Positions 7,775-15,355 of a DNA stretch of 24,000 nt are shown piece by piece. Positions within the stretch are counted from its first letter, which is position 1, and the number at the start of each line of letters is the position of its first letter. The notes beneath the pieces are model-generated. The model was given only the letters and a program-made list of their open reading frames with translations, had not been told where the DNA came from and searched no databases. This DNA comes from Alphaproteobacteria bacterium (GTDB taxonomy: Bacteria > Pseudomonadota > Alphaproteobacteria > Paracaedibacterales > CAIULA01). The stretch covers positions 11,484-35,483 of the forward strand of contig JAPLOP010000008.1 in assembly GCA_026400645.1 (NCBI GenBank), in the 5' to 3' direction. A program made the position numbers and the translations under genes.

Positions 7775-9994
7775 ATGCCATTGATGGACAGTCATTCCGT
7801 CCCCGATTATTTATTAAATCTTAATTCCGCGCAACAGCAGGCCATTCTGACAACAGAGGGGCCTGTTCTGATTCTGGCCGGGGCCGGTACAGGGAAAACG
7901 CGCGTCTTAACCACTCGGCTTGCACATATTTTACGGACAAGCCTGGCCTACCCATCCCAAGTTTTGGCCGTTACGTTCACCAACAGGGCGGCCCAGGAAA
8001 TGCGCGAACGCATTGCCCAATTGCTAGAACGATCCGTTGATGGCATGTGGCTGGGCACATTTCATTCTTTGTCCGTTAGAATTTTACGCCGCCATGCCGA
8101 ACTGGTCGGGCTGCAGTCGAATTTTACGATTCTTGATTCGGATGATCAGATGCGTCTGATTAAGCAGATTCTAAAAGCAGAGAATATCGACGGTCAATAT
8201 CCGCCCAAACTTATTATATCCATCATCAATCGCTGGAAAGACAGGGGGCTAACCCCGGACAACACACAATCCCCTGGCAACGCCAAGGATTATCACCACA
8301 TAGCATCCAAAGTTTATCAGACTTACCAGGAACGCCTGTTGATTCTGAATGCTGCTGATTTCGGCGATTTGCTGTTGCATTGTTTAACCCTGTTCAAGCA
8401 ACAACCAGACGTCCTGCAATCCTACCAAGATCAATTCCATTACCTATTGGTGGACGAATACCAAGACACAAACGTAGCGCAATATATGTGGTTGCGCCTG
8501 TTGGCAGGCCGATCAGGGGGCGACAAAGGGCAAAACCTGTGTTGTGTTGGCGATGACGATCAGTCAATCTATGGCTGGCGGGGCGCTGAAATTGGCAATA
8601 TCTTGCGATTCGAAAAGGATTTCCCCGGCGCCACCATTATTCGGTTGGAACAAAACTACCGATCAACATCCCACATTCTGGGTGCTGCCAGTGGTTTAAT
8701 TGCCCATAATCAAGGCCGTCTTGGGAAAACATTGTGGACAGACGGAGACCACGGTGAACCCGTATCCATCCAGGGTACATGGGATTCCGAAGCCGAAGCC
8801 CGTTACATCGGGGATGAAACCGAAGCATTCCAACGCAATGGATATGCCCTGGGGGATATCGCCATTTTGGTCAGAGCCGGCTTTCAAACCCGTGAACTAG
8901 AGGAACGATTCCTGAAAATCGGCCTCCCCTACCGGGTGATTGGCGGCCTTCGATTTTATGAACGATTGGAAATCAGGGATGCTTTAGCCTATTTTAGGTT
9001 GCTGGTCCAACCCGACGATGGCTTAGCGTTAGAACGAATCATTAATACACCCCGCCGTGGCATTGGAACTGTAACCCTGCAGGCCATCCACATTTTGGCA
9101 CGGGAACAAGGGATTTCCCTGCCCAAAGCTGCCCATTATTATGCCGAAAACGAGGCCAAGGGCGCCACCAAAGCTGCACTTTTGCTCTTTTTCGAAAACC
9201 TAGACCGGTGGCGACAATTATTGGAACCGCACAATGAAATCCCAATGGATCACGCCGAAGTTGCCAGAATGGTTTTGGATGAATCAGGCTATACGAAAAT
9301 ATGGCGCGAGGATAAATCAGCGGATTCCCCAGGGCGCCTTGAAAACTTAAAAGAATTAATCAGTGCCATAAAGGAATTCCAATATTTGCCAGGATTTTTG
9401 GAACACGTTAGTTTGGTCACAGAAAAAAGCCAAAGCGACCAACAAGATATGATCAGCATCATGACGCTGCATGCAGCAAAGGGGTTAGAATTCAAGGTTG
9501 TTTTCTTGTCCGGATGGGAAGAAAATCTTTTCCCCCACCCCCGCGCGTTACAAGAATCTGGCCAATCCGGACTAGAAGAAGAACGTCGCCTGGGGTACGT
9601 TGGCATCAGCCGTGCAAAAGAACGCGCCATTATAACCTATTGCCTACAAAGACGATCCTATCAAGGGTGGCAACCCGCCGTTCCATCCCGCTTTATCAAG
9701 GAAATCCCAGGTGACCATGTCGTTCATATCAACCAAAATGGGACCGAAATTTCAGATTCCATGGGAAGAATCGCGACCGAAAATCCCCCAAAAAAGGTTG
9801 ATCGTTATAGTGAAAAAAAACCAGCAAAGCTTGTAAAGGCTGTCGTATTGCATTCCTTTTTAATAGGGGACACAGTTTTTCACCAAAAATTTGGGCATGG
9901 AACAATCGTCGACATAGATGGGGCCACCCTTGGTGTTGAATTTGAACAGTCAGAGTATAAAAAAATTATCGGGAATTTTGTGACAAAGGTATGA
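7775..9994 (+). CDS. uvrD: ATP-dependent DNA helicase, UvrD/PcrA/Rep family (SF1)
   Basis: 739 aa. Motif I AGAGTGKT, motif Ia VTFTNRAA, motif II LLVDEYQDTN, motif III GDDDQSIYGWRGA, motif IV QNYRST, motifs V/VI TLHAAKGLEF and YVGISRAKE. C-terminal FHQKFGHGTIV tail domain. Confidence 0.93.
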   Translation: MPLMDSHSVPDYLLNLNSAQQQAILTTEGPVLILAGAGTGKTRVLTTRLAHILRTSLAYPSQVLAVTFTNRAAQEMRERIAQLLERSVDGMWLGTFHSLSVRILRRHAELVGLQSNFTILDSDDQMRLIKQILKAENIDGQYPPKLIISIINRWKDRGLTPDNTQSPGNAKDYHHIASKVYQTYQERLLILNAADFGDLLLHCLTLFKQQPDVLQSYQDQFHYLLVDEYQDTNVAQYMWLRLLAGRSGGDKGQNLCCVGDDDQSIYGWRGAEIGNILRFEKDFPGATIIRLEQNYRSTSHILGAASGLIAHNQGRLGKTLWTDGDHGEPVSIQGTWDSEAEARYIGDETEAFQRNGYALGDIAILVRAGFQTRELEERFLKIGLPYRVIGGLRFYERLEIRDALAYFRLLVQPDDGLALERIINTPRRGIGTVTLQAIHILAREQGISLPKAAHYYAENEAKGATKAALLLFFENLDRWRQLLEPHNEIPMDHAEVARMVLDESGYTKIWREDKSADSPGRLENLKELISAIKEFQYLPGFLEHVSLVTEKSQSDQQDMISIMTLHAAKGLEFKVVFLSGWEENLFPHPRALQESGQSGLEEERRLGYVGISRAKERAIITYCLQRRSYQGWQPAVPSRFIKEIPGDHVVHINQNGTEISDSMGRIATENPPKKVDRYSEKKPAKLVKAVVLHSFLIGDTVFHQKFGHGTIVDIDGATLGVEFEQSEYKKIIGNFVTKV

Positions 9995-10067
9995 CACTAT
10001 TAACTGTTTCTTAACGAAATCACACTAGACTAACCCTTATATCCAAGGAATTGCACAAACGTTTCTT

Positions 10068-10517
10068 ATGATGAAGATTATTTATATTCTCAATGGCCCG
10101 AACCTCAACCTATTGGGGACGCGCCAACCAGATCTATATGGAAAAATATCTTTGGACGATATTCGTCAAAATTGCCATCTGCTAGCCACGGAATTTGGAT
10201 ATAAACAAGATTTTCGGCAAACGAATCACGAAGGGATGCTGATAGACTGGGTCCAAGAAGCCGCACAAAAAGCATCGGGGATTTTGATTAATGCTGGTGG
10301 TTTAACGCATACTTCGGTAAGCTTATTAGATGCTTTACTAACAGTGACGATCCCCGTTATCGAGGTACACTTAACCATCCCTTGCCAACGTGAATCTTTC
10401 CGCCATCAGTCTTTTGTGACACCAGCGGCACATGGAATTGTTGCGGGGTTTGGGCCCAATAGCTATACATTAGCGTTAAGGGCCTTGGTTGAAAAAATTG
10501 AAAAACAAAGAGCTTAA
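10068..10517 (+). CDS. aroQ: type II 3-dehydroquinate dehydratase
   Basis: 149 aa. ILNGPNLNLLGTRQPDLYG, FRQTNHEG, ILINAGGLTHTSV, IEVHLT..RESFRH are the type II DHQase signature blocks. Confidence 0.95.
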   Translation: MMKIIYILNGPNLNLLGTRQPDLYGKISLDDIRQNCHLLATEFGYKQDFRQTNHEGMLIDWVQEAAQKASGILINAGGLTHTSVSLLDALLTVTIPVIEVHLTIPCQRESFRHQSFVTPAAHGIVAGFGPNSYTLALRALVEKIEKQRA

Positions 10518-10531
10518 AAAAAGAGAATAAC

Positions 10532-11020
10532 ATGTCCACAAAAATTACCATTGACGACAAAGCCATTCGAAAGCTAGCAAGGCTCCTAGAAGAAGTCAGC
10601 CTTAGTGAAATCGAATACGAAAACGACGGATGCCGCATACGTGTGTCCAAGCAAATTCCCGGTGGTGGTGCCCCCTATACCATAGTAACATCCAATTCGG
10701 ATGATTCTGGCAGGGGAGAATCCGCCGAAGCGTTATCTGCCCCGGTTTCCCGCGAACAGGGCAATCAACCGAACTGGGAAAATCACCACGGACTTATTAA
10801 GTCCCCCATGGTTGGAACGGCCTATTTAGCACCCGAACCAGGGTCACCCGTTTTCGTAAAGGTGGGGGACATGATCGAAGTCGGTCATACTCTGCTCGTC
10901 CTAGAGGCGATGAAGGTAATGAATCCCATTAAGGCCGCAAGAGCAGGAAAAGTTATCCATGTTTTTGTCAAAAATGGCGCCCCTGTAGAATTTGGCGAAC
11001 CCCTTTGCGTTATTGAATAG
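10532..11020 (+). CDS. accB: acetyl-CoA carboxylase biotin carboxyl carrier protein
   Basis: 162 aa. C-terminal biotinyl domain SPMVGTAY......FV.VGD.......L.VLEAMKVMN with the EAMK biotinylation motif. Sits in the conserved aroQ-accB-accC order. Confidence 0.95.
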   Translation: MSTKITIDDKAIRKLARLLEEVSLSEIEYENDGCRIRVSKQIPGGGAPYTIVTSNSDDSGRGESAEALSAPVSREQGNQPNWENHHGLIKSPMVGTAYLAPEPGSPVFVKVGDMIEVGHTLLVLEAMKVMNPIKAARAGKVIHVFVKNGAPVEFGEPLCVIE

Positions 11021-11049
11021 TTTTCGAGAATAATTTTCAGGAGTAATTT

Positions 11050-12396
11050 ATGGCAATGTTTTCGAAAATATTAATTGCTAATCGTGGTGAAATCGCCCTC
11101 AGAATCATACGGGCATGTCGCGAACTTGGCGTTAAAACGGTTGCAGTCCATTCAACGGCGGACGTTGATTCAATGCATGTTCGCCTGGCCGATGAAAGTG
11201 TTTGCATTGGACCCCCTGCTGCCAAAGACAGCTATCTCAATATGCCAGCCCTTTTGAGCGCAGCCGATATAACCGGCGCAGAAGCCATTCACCCTGGTGT
11301 GGGCTTTTTGTCAGAAAATGCCGCATTCGCATCCATGGTAACAGAACATGGCATGGTTTTTATTGGCCCAACCGCCGAACACATTGGCCTAATGGGTGAC
11401 AAGGTCAAGGCCAAAAAACTGATGATAGAACTTGGTGTTCCTGTTGTTCCTGGATCAGAGGGAAGCATCGATACCGAAGAACAAGCCATCGAAACAGCTG
11501 CATTAATCGGGTTTCCGGTAATTTTTAAGGCCATATCAGGCGGCGGCGGCAAAGGAATGAAAGTCGCAAGTAACCCAGCCGAGGTCGCCAGCGCCTTTCG
11601 TTTGGCAAAAGTAGAGGCCAAAGCAAACTTCGGCAATGACCAAGTGTTTATGGAACGCTATCTGCGTAAACCACGCCACATCGAAATTCAGATTCTGGCC
11701 GATCATCATGGTAATGTCGTGTATCTGGGGGAGCGAGATTGTTCATTGCAACGTCGCCACCAAAAAGTATTCGAGGAATCCCCCTCGCCTGCGCTGACAC
11801 CAAAACTCAGGGACGATCTGGGTGAAATTGTGCGTCAAGCGATTGGAAAAATGGGATACAGGGGTGCTGGAACCCTTGAATTTCTGTTTGAAAATGGGGA
11901 ATTTTTCTTTATGGAAATGAATACCCGCATCCAAGTGGAACACACAATTACCGAAATGGTGACGGGCGTTGATTTGGTCAAAGAACAAATTAAAGTCGCA
12001 GCTGATATTCCATTACCCTTCACACAAAAAGACATTGTTATCAATGGGCACTCGATCGAATGCCGCATCAATGCAGAAGATTCGGAAACTTTCATACCCT
12101 CACCCGGTAAAATTGGGATGTACCATGTTCCCGGTGGATTTGGCATTCGCGTAGATAGTCACTTGTACCAGGGATACACAGTCCCCCCATACTACGACAG
12201 CATGATCTCCAAATTGATTGCGCACGGAAACACCCGTGAAGAATGCCTCAATCGGATGGAGCGCGCCTTGCATGAATATGTGATAGAGGGTGTCTCCACA
12301 ACACTCCCCCTCCACCGCAAGCTTGTCAGAAATACGGATGTCAGAAACGGTGATTATGACAATCACTGGCTTGAAGAATGGCTAGAGAAAAAATAA
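11050..12396 (+). CDS. accC: acetyl-CoA carboxylase biotin carboxylase subunit
   Basis: 448 aa. KILIANRGEIALRIIRACRELG, ATP-grasp GGGGKGM, MEMNTRIQVEHTITE. An AGGAG SD lies 8 nt upstream of the ATG. Confidence 0.97.
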   Translation: MAMFSKILIANRGEIALRIIRACRELGVKTVAVHSTADVDSMHVRLADESVCIGPPAAKDSYLNMPALLSAADITGAEAIHPGVGFLSENAAFASMVTEHGMVFIGPTAEHIGLMGDKVKAKKLMIELGVPVVPGSEGSIDTEEQAIETAALIGFPVIFKAISGGGGKGMKVASNPAEVASAFRLAKVEAKANFGNDQVFMERYLRKPRHIEIQILADHHGNVVYLGERDCSLQRRHQKVFEESPSPALTPKLRDDLGEIVRQAIGKMGYRGAGTLEFLFENGEFFFMEMNTRIQVEHTITEMVTGVDLVKEQIKVAADIPLPFTQKDIVINGHSIECRINAEDSETFIPSPGKIGMYHVPGGFGIRVDSHLYQGYTVPPYYDSMISKLIAHGNTREECLNRMERALHEYVIEGVSTTLPLHRKLVRNTDVRNGDYDNHWLEEWLEKK

Positions 12397-12403
12397 TCAC
12401 ACC

Positions 12404-14227
12404 ATGAAAAACACTATACCCAATGAATTTCGAAATCTGGATTTGAAAATAAGGACCGAGCGCCCGGAGTGTACAGAGACGTACATGAGGACGCGAGGTT
12501 CCGAAATTTTCGAAGATCAGAGTTTGAAAGGCGAAGGGTATAACTCGTCGCACGATCGCGATCGCCCTAATCATGGAAGAATTTTGGCCAAGCGGATCTT
12601 GGCCGAACACATAGCACCCTATAAACCGAATTTTGCGCTGGCGTGCTTTTTTATGGTCCTGGCGGCACTGGCGACGGCTGCCCTGCCCTATCTTTTGCAA
12701 CCCGTATTCGATGATGTTTTTACCGCCAACGATCCCAAGCTGTTGGCATACTTTTGTGGGGCAGTCCTGACCGCTTTCATTGTCAAGGGAATCGCGTCCT
12801 ACGGTGAATCGGTTGTCATGACATACGTCGGTCAAAAAATCATCTCTGACATTCAAAATCGGCTTTTCGCCCATTTAATGAAGGCGGATTTGTCTTTTTT
12901 CCACAACACAACCAGTGGGGATCTGCTGTCCCGCTTTACGAACGATGTGAACATGATGCGAAATGCTATGGCCAATACGTTAATCGGCCTTGGGAAAGAT
13001 TCGCTGACCTTTCTGTTTTTGGGGGGGGTTATGTTCTATCGGGATTTTACACTGGCCCTGATCGCCTTTGTCGTGTTCCCCATAGCGATCCTTCCCATAA
13101 CCTTCCAAGGGATTCGCGTTGTTAAAGCATACGGCATGGAACAAGCCGAAGCCATTCGCGCCGAAACCATGATTCAGAAAATTTTTAAACTGATTTATAA
13201 ATCGGCCCGAGTCAGGTCGGCATCGCACCCCATCATGGAAAGCTTGGGCGGCGTTGCCATTATTGGCGTTATTGCCTATGGTGGATGGCAGGTCATGCAC
13301 CATAGCCGCACAGCCGGGGAATTTATTTCTTTCATTCTGGCCCTGGTTTTAGTTTATGAACCCTTAAAACGGCTGAGCAATTTAAACGCAAACCTGCAAG
13401 AAGGCCTGGCGGCAGCCACGCGCGTTTTCGCCATTTTGGACACACCACCACATATCACCGATCCCACAGCAGCGCATCCAATCGGTAAAACAGCGGGGAA
13501 AATTACATTTGATCATGTTTCTTTTTGCTACCCCAACGGAAAAGAGGCCTTAAAGGATCTTAACTTTGTGATCGAGCCTGGACACAGCATTGCCCTGGTT
13601 GGATCCAGTGGCGCTGGAAAATCAACAATCATTAACCTAATCCCACGTTTTTATGACGTCAGCCAAGGGCGAATATTATTAGATGACCAGGATATCCGCC
13701 ATGTTAAATTGGATGATTTGCGGCACCAAATTGCCCTGGTCAGTCAAGAAATCGCCCTGTTTGATTTGTCAATCCGGGATAATATTGCCTATGGAACGCC
13801 GAACGCAACCAACGAACAAATCATTTCCGCAGCAAAATCCGCCGCCGCTGATGAGTTTATTGTACGACTGCCAGAAGGTTACGAAACAGTTATTGGCGAA
13901 AATGGGGTCAAACTATCGGGTGGACAACGGCAGCGCCTTGCTATTGCCCGGGCTATGCTCAAAAATGCACCCATATTGCTGTTGGATGAAGCCACATCCG
14001 CACTGGACACAGATTCCGAACGCCAGGTCCAATCAGCGCTTAAAATCTTAATGCAAGGACGAACGACAATCATGGTCGCCCACCGTCTTTCGACCGTTGT
14101 GGATGCGGATATTATCTATGTTCTGGATCATGGCGAAATCGTTGAAACAGGCAATCACAAGGCCCTGCTGAAACAAAAGGGGATTTATGCCAACCTTTGG
14201 CGCGCACAATCCCAAGGGGCTGCCTGA
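12404..14227 (+). CDS. ABC exporter, fused permease/ATPase, MsbA-like (type I exporter fold), with atypical N-terminal extension and internal gap
   Basis: NBD motifs: Walker A GSSGAGKST, signature LSGGQRQR, Walker B ILLLDEATS, H-loop VAHRLST. The TMD carries the usual FF(H)NTTSGDLLSRFTNDV and GIRVVKAYG blocks. The start is uncertain: about 70 residues precede the usual ..APYKP.. entry point, against about 18 in the second ABC gene. Confidence 0.85.
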   Translation: MKNTIPNEFRNLDLKIRTERPECTETYMRTRGSEIFEDQSLKGEGYNSSHDRDRPNHGRILAKRILAEHIAPYKPNFALACFFMVLAALATAALPYLLQPVFDDVFTANDPKLLAYFCGAVLTAFIVKGIASYGESVVMTYVGQKIISDIQNRLFAHLMKADLSFFHNTTSGDLLSRFTNDVNMMRNAMANTLIGLGKDSLTFLFLGGVMFYRDFTLALIAFVVFPIAILPITFQGIRVVKAYGMEQAEAIRAETMIQKIFKLIYKSARVRSASHPIMESLGGVAIIGVIAYGGWQVMHHSRTAGEFISFILALVLVYEPLKRLSNLNANLQEGLAAATRVFAILDTPPHITDPTAAHPIGKTAGKITFDHVSFCYPNGKEALKDLNFVIEPGHSIALVGSSGAGKSTIINLIPRFYDVSQGRILLDDQDIRHVKLDDLRHQIALVSQEIALFDLSIRDNIAYGTPNATNEQIISAAKSAAADEFIVRLPEGYETVIGENGVKLSGGQRQRLAIARAMLKNAPILLLDEATSALDTDSERQVQSALKILMQGRTTIMVAHRLSTVVDADIIYVLDHGEIVETGNHKALLKQKGIYANLWRAQSQGAA

Positions 14228-14293
14228 GCTAAAAATAGTATTTTTTAGATTTTCATAATGATTTATGCGATAATTTCAACCTAGGTAATACAA

Positions 14294-14451
14294 TATAGTA
14301 TTTCCCTGAAAAGTTAATAGACAGCAGGATAGATTTCTGGATAGCCACGTCGGGCTTCGCCCTCCTCGCTATGACGTCATGGCGAACGAACGAAGAGAGT
14401 GTGGCCATCCAGAAATCTATCTCTCTATTGATCACGTAGAAAAACACCATA
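14294..14451 (-). repeat. 158-bp long imperfect palindrome (MITE-like), family 1, copy A
   Basis: The reverse complement aligns over its full length with 22541-22698, with 12 differences by hand alignment. It has a 21-bp internal inverted repeat gatagatttctggatggccac / gtggctatccagaaatctatc and a central cgccatgacgtcatagcg palindrome. It lies 26 bp upstream of the Rpn-like gene. Confidence 0.9.
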
Positions 14452-14476
14452 CCATTAAAATAAAAAAGGAATTGTT

Positions 14477-15340
14477 ATGAAAAACAATAATCCCTTGATC
14501 TCCTTTGACTATGCCATCAAATATCTCCTCGGAGACAAAGGGGATTATAGTATCGTGGAAGGTTTTATATCGGCCCTACTTAAAACTAAGGGTTACAAGG
14601 ATGTTAAAATCGTGGCCTTGCTTGAGAGTGAGAGCAATAAAGAAGACAGCAAAATTAAAAGAAGCCTTGCTGATTTAATCGTAGAGGACGCCGACCACCA
14701 CAAATATATTATTGAGATAGAACGCACCGTCAAGGATTCATTTATCCATAAAGCATGTTTCAACACATCCAGGCTGATTGTGGATAATCTGGCCCCAAGG
14801 GAAGATTACACCCAAATCATCAAAATATTTCATATCTCGTTGCTCTATTTCCCGATAGGAAGCGGAAATGGTTCTATTTATCACGGAAAAACCATTATTC
14901 ATGAAATCGAGACGAATGAAAGATTATCGGTTCATATCAAAAATAAAGAAACGGGCGAATTCTTTGATGCAACCAATATTTTGCCGGAATATTTTTATAT
15001 TTCAGTTCCCCTGTTTAATGACCGCCTAGAAAGGGAAATAGATGACTGGCTGCACGTCATGAAATATGACGAAGTCCCCGAAACGTATCATTCGCCCTAT
15101 ATGGCCCAAGTTGCGGAAAAGCTGAGTATTCTCAAAATGACCCCCGATGAAAGGGCGAATTACTCCTATTACCGAAAGCAGCTTTACAATGATAGGGATG
15201 AGCTGCAAGCAGCCGAGGCCAGAGGTGAAGCCAAAACAAGAACTGAAATTGCAAAAAGGTTATTGTCTCAAAATATAGATATTGGTACGATATCTGTCGC
15301 TACAGGTTTATCTGTTGCTGACATTCAAAATATAAAATAG
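14477..15340 (+). CDS. PD-(D/E)XK nuclease family protein, Rpn/PDDEXK_2-type (recombination-promoting nuclease / putative transposase family)
   Basis: 287 aa. The N-terminal FDYAIKYLL, the core ADLIVED....KYIIEIER......F.HKACFNTSRL and IIKIFHISLLYF match the PDDEXK_2 layout (D..ExE/Q, then R..yY, then i.I.il.f). The C-terminal ARGEAKTRTEIAKRLLSQNIDIGTISVATGLSVADIQNI is the typical helix-turn-helix-like tail of this family. Confidence 0.8.
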   Translation: MKNNNPLISFDYAIKYLLGDKGDYSIVEGFISALLKTKGYKDVKIVALLESESNKEDSKIKRSLADLIVEDADHHKYIIEIERTVKDSFIHKACFNTSRLIVDNLAPREDYTQIIKIFHISLLYFPIGSGNGSIYHGKTIIHEIETNERLSVHIKNKETGEFFDATNILPEYFYISVPLFNDRLEREIDDWLHVMKYDEVPETYHSPYMAQVAEKLSILKMTPDERANYSYYRKQLYNDRDELQAAEARGEAKTRTEIAKRLLSQNIDIGTISVATGLSVADIQNIK

Positions 15341-15355
15341 TAGTTTTTGCCCATT

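Noticed and set aside
12341-12874. 177-aa minus-strand ORF overlapping the accC end and the ABC-1 start.
   Set aside because: It is antisense to two well-supported genes and has no recognisable motifs. The apparent length reflects the absence of stops opposite a coding frame.
14253-14450. ORFs of 65 aa (14253-14450, -) and 105 aa (22395-22712, +) that share a near-identical peptide (..VINREI.FWMATLSSFVRHDV.ARRAKPDVAIQK.ILLSI.F.GKYY..).
   Set aside because: Both simply read through the two copies of the 158-bp palindromic repeat in the same frame. The 12 nucleotide differences produce 7 amino-acid changes, so there is no sign of purifying selection. There is no SD or sensible start, and the second ORF overlaps the ymdB-like 3' end out of frame. 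I treat this as non-coding repeat.
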